A stretch of 49,103 bases of DNA, from the NCBI GenBank assembly GCA_003971905.1, contig RSEE01000059.1:372001-421103 (forward strand). The letters run 5' to 3'. The translations under genes and the position numbers were made by a program. The notes beneath the pieces were generated by a model, which was not told the origin of the DNA, made no database searches, and saw only the letters and a program-made list of their open reading frames with translations. Source of the stretch: Moniliella sp. 'wahieum' (Eukaryota). Position 1 is the first letter of the stretch; each line of letters starts with the position of its first letter. This document shows positions 47,763 to 49,103 of this stretch, piece by piece.

Positions 47763-49086
47763 TTTTTTATGGCGCGCGTCATCAAGCTACCATGAAGTCC
47801 CTTGCAGGGAGGCAATGGTATTCGGCCTGTCCAAGCCCTTGCGCGAGGGATACTTAACTATTGTTTCGAGAGGCAGGGGATGAAGGCAGGGTATGGAGCA
47901 CCACAGGTATGGGCGAGACGAGGCTGAGCTTTGCACCTAGGATACTTCGAAATTAAGACCTCACGTTGGTCGCCCCGCCGAGGTCAGCAGGGCCGACGCA
48001 CATGCTGAAAGTGCTGACCGGAATAATGGCTTGGCGTACGTGGTGGCAGCGTGGAAGGGCAAAGGGAGCAGGCGCCTAGAGGCCAGACCAGTAATGATGC
48101 CAACCCTGCCGGATGCACGTGCACGGGCTTATGCGGCACTAGGGTTGGGAATAGATCCGCAGCCATACTATTAACGTCTAAGGGAAAACAGTACATAGCC
48201 CCACTATGGCTGGTGCTGCATCCAAGTGTGATTAGTACGAAGTAAAGGGGGTTGGTAGGACCGCTGGAGGGAGGGTGGCGCCGGGGGAGGTCGGCCGTTG
48301 GCAGGGCGAGGGTGCAAAGTTGGGAGGTACGATGGGGTGTAGCTGCTCACTGTGAGAGTGGGCGGGCGGTGGGACGGGTCTCTTAGTAGTACGTCACAGA
48401 GAGCTCTGGAAGGAAGCTACGTGTGGATAGAAAGAGAGGCGCGGGGTGCAGCTGGAAAGGGGAGGGTGCAGGCGGCACCGAGGATTCTCAACACGTGGTC
48501 CTCCGTCGTGGTATTATACACTGACTGCCAGGCGATACTGTGGTGACCTTCGCAGATGGGACGGGATACGGTGCGTTCACAGTTCTATGGCGGTGGATGG
48601 AGGTAGTGGTAGAGAGAGGTAGTGGTAGAGATAGGGGGATATGAGGGCATGCATTATGAGGAGAGAAGTCCTGTGCGTGGGCTACAGGGGGATCGAATAT
48701 AACGCCGGTGTATGGCCAGAAGACAATGTCCGGGGGGGCTTCCTACGTGAACGGGATATTCATCATTATTAGTCAGCATCTGCAGGAGTCGAGAAGAGTC
48801 AGTATATCCGCAAGTGGGAAAACTTAAAAGGCGTTCCGGTAACAGAGACGCAGCAGGGGGGAAGGAAGAGATCGAATGGGGAACTCACTTTTCTTTACCG
48901 CTCTTTTTTCGTTGCGAATTTGTCGTACAGTTCGGTAGGGTTGTCATTCAGGGACACAAAGGCCCCCTCTCTCCGAAGAGAGAGGGGGGAGAGCAGAGGT
49001 GCCGATTGTGTGCGACTTCAATCAGAGCCGCGACAGACCGTTTGATCAGCTAGGGACAGTGGAGTCTCGTTATCCATTCATGCGCG

Positions 49087-49103
49087 TTAGGGTTAGGGTT
49101 AGG
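49087..49103 (+). repeat. Telomeric repeat (TTAGGG)n at the window end
   Basis: TTAGGGTTAGGGTTAGG runs to the last base with the G-rich strand pointing outward. Confidence 0.85.

Overview
GC-rich, compact, intron-poor fungal DNA, most likely Ustilaginomycotina (inferred from a Cib1-like bZIP and short GT-AG introns with CTRAC branch points). The window ends in TTAGGG repeats, so it is probably the last 49 kb of a chromosome arm. Almost every gene has small indel frameshifts, including ribosomal protein genes, which points to uncorrected assembly errors rather than pseudogenes; CDS coordinates are therefore whole-gene spans. Gene order: expansin/loosenin-like secreted protein (partial), RPP1, Est1/Ebs1/SMG7-like, SCI1-like, aspartate aminotransferase, DOA10, membrane-anchored pepsin-like protein, tRNA-Thr(CGT), divergent RNase H1, a ~4.4 kb decayed island with an inverted repeat, RPS30, adenine deaminase, serine carboxypeptidase, HAC1/Cib1-like bZIP, ERT1/AcuK, Gln-rich ARID protein, intron-containing tRNA-Ser(AGA), a 1.3 kb subtelomere and the telomere. 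Best leads: atypical Ire1-type hairpins and UPRE-like boxes at the HAC1/cib1 homologue, an inward-pointing intron plus cUUCGg hairpin within 310 bp of the telomere, a pepsin-fold protein lacking its second catalytic Asp, a divergent two-HBD RNase H1, telobox motifs in promoters, and long stems in both ribosomal-protein introns. No clearly new multi-gene system could be established from sequence alone.
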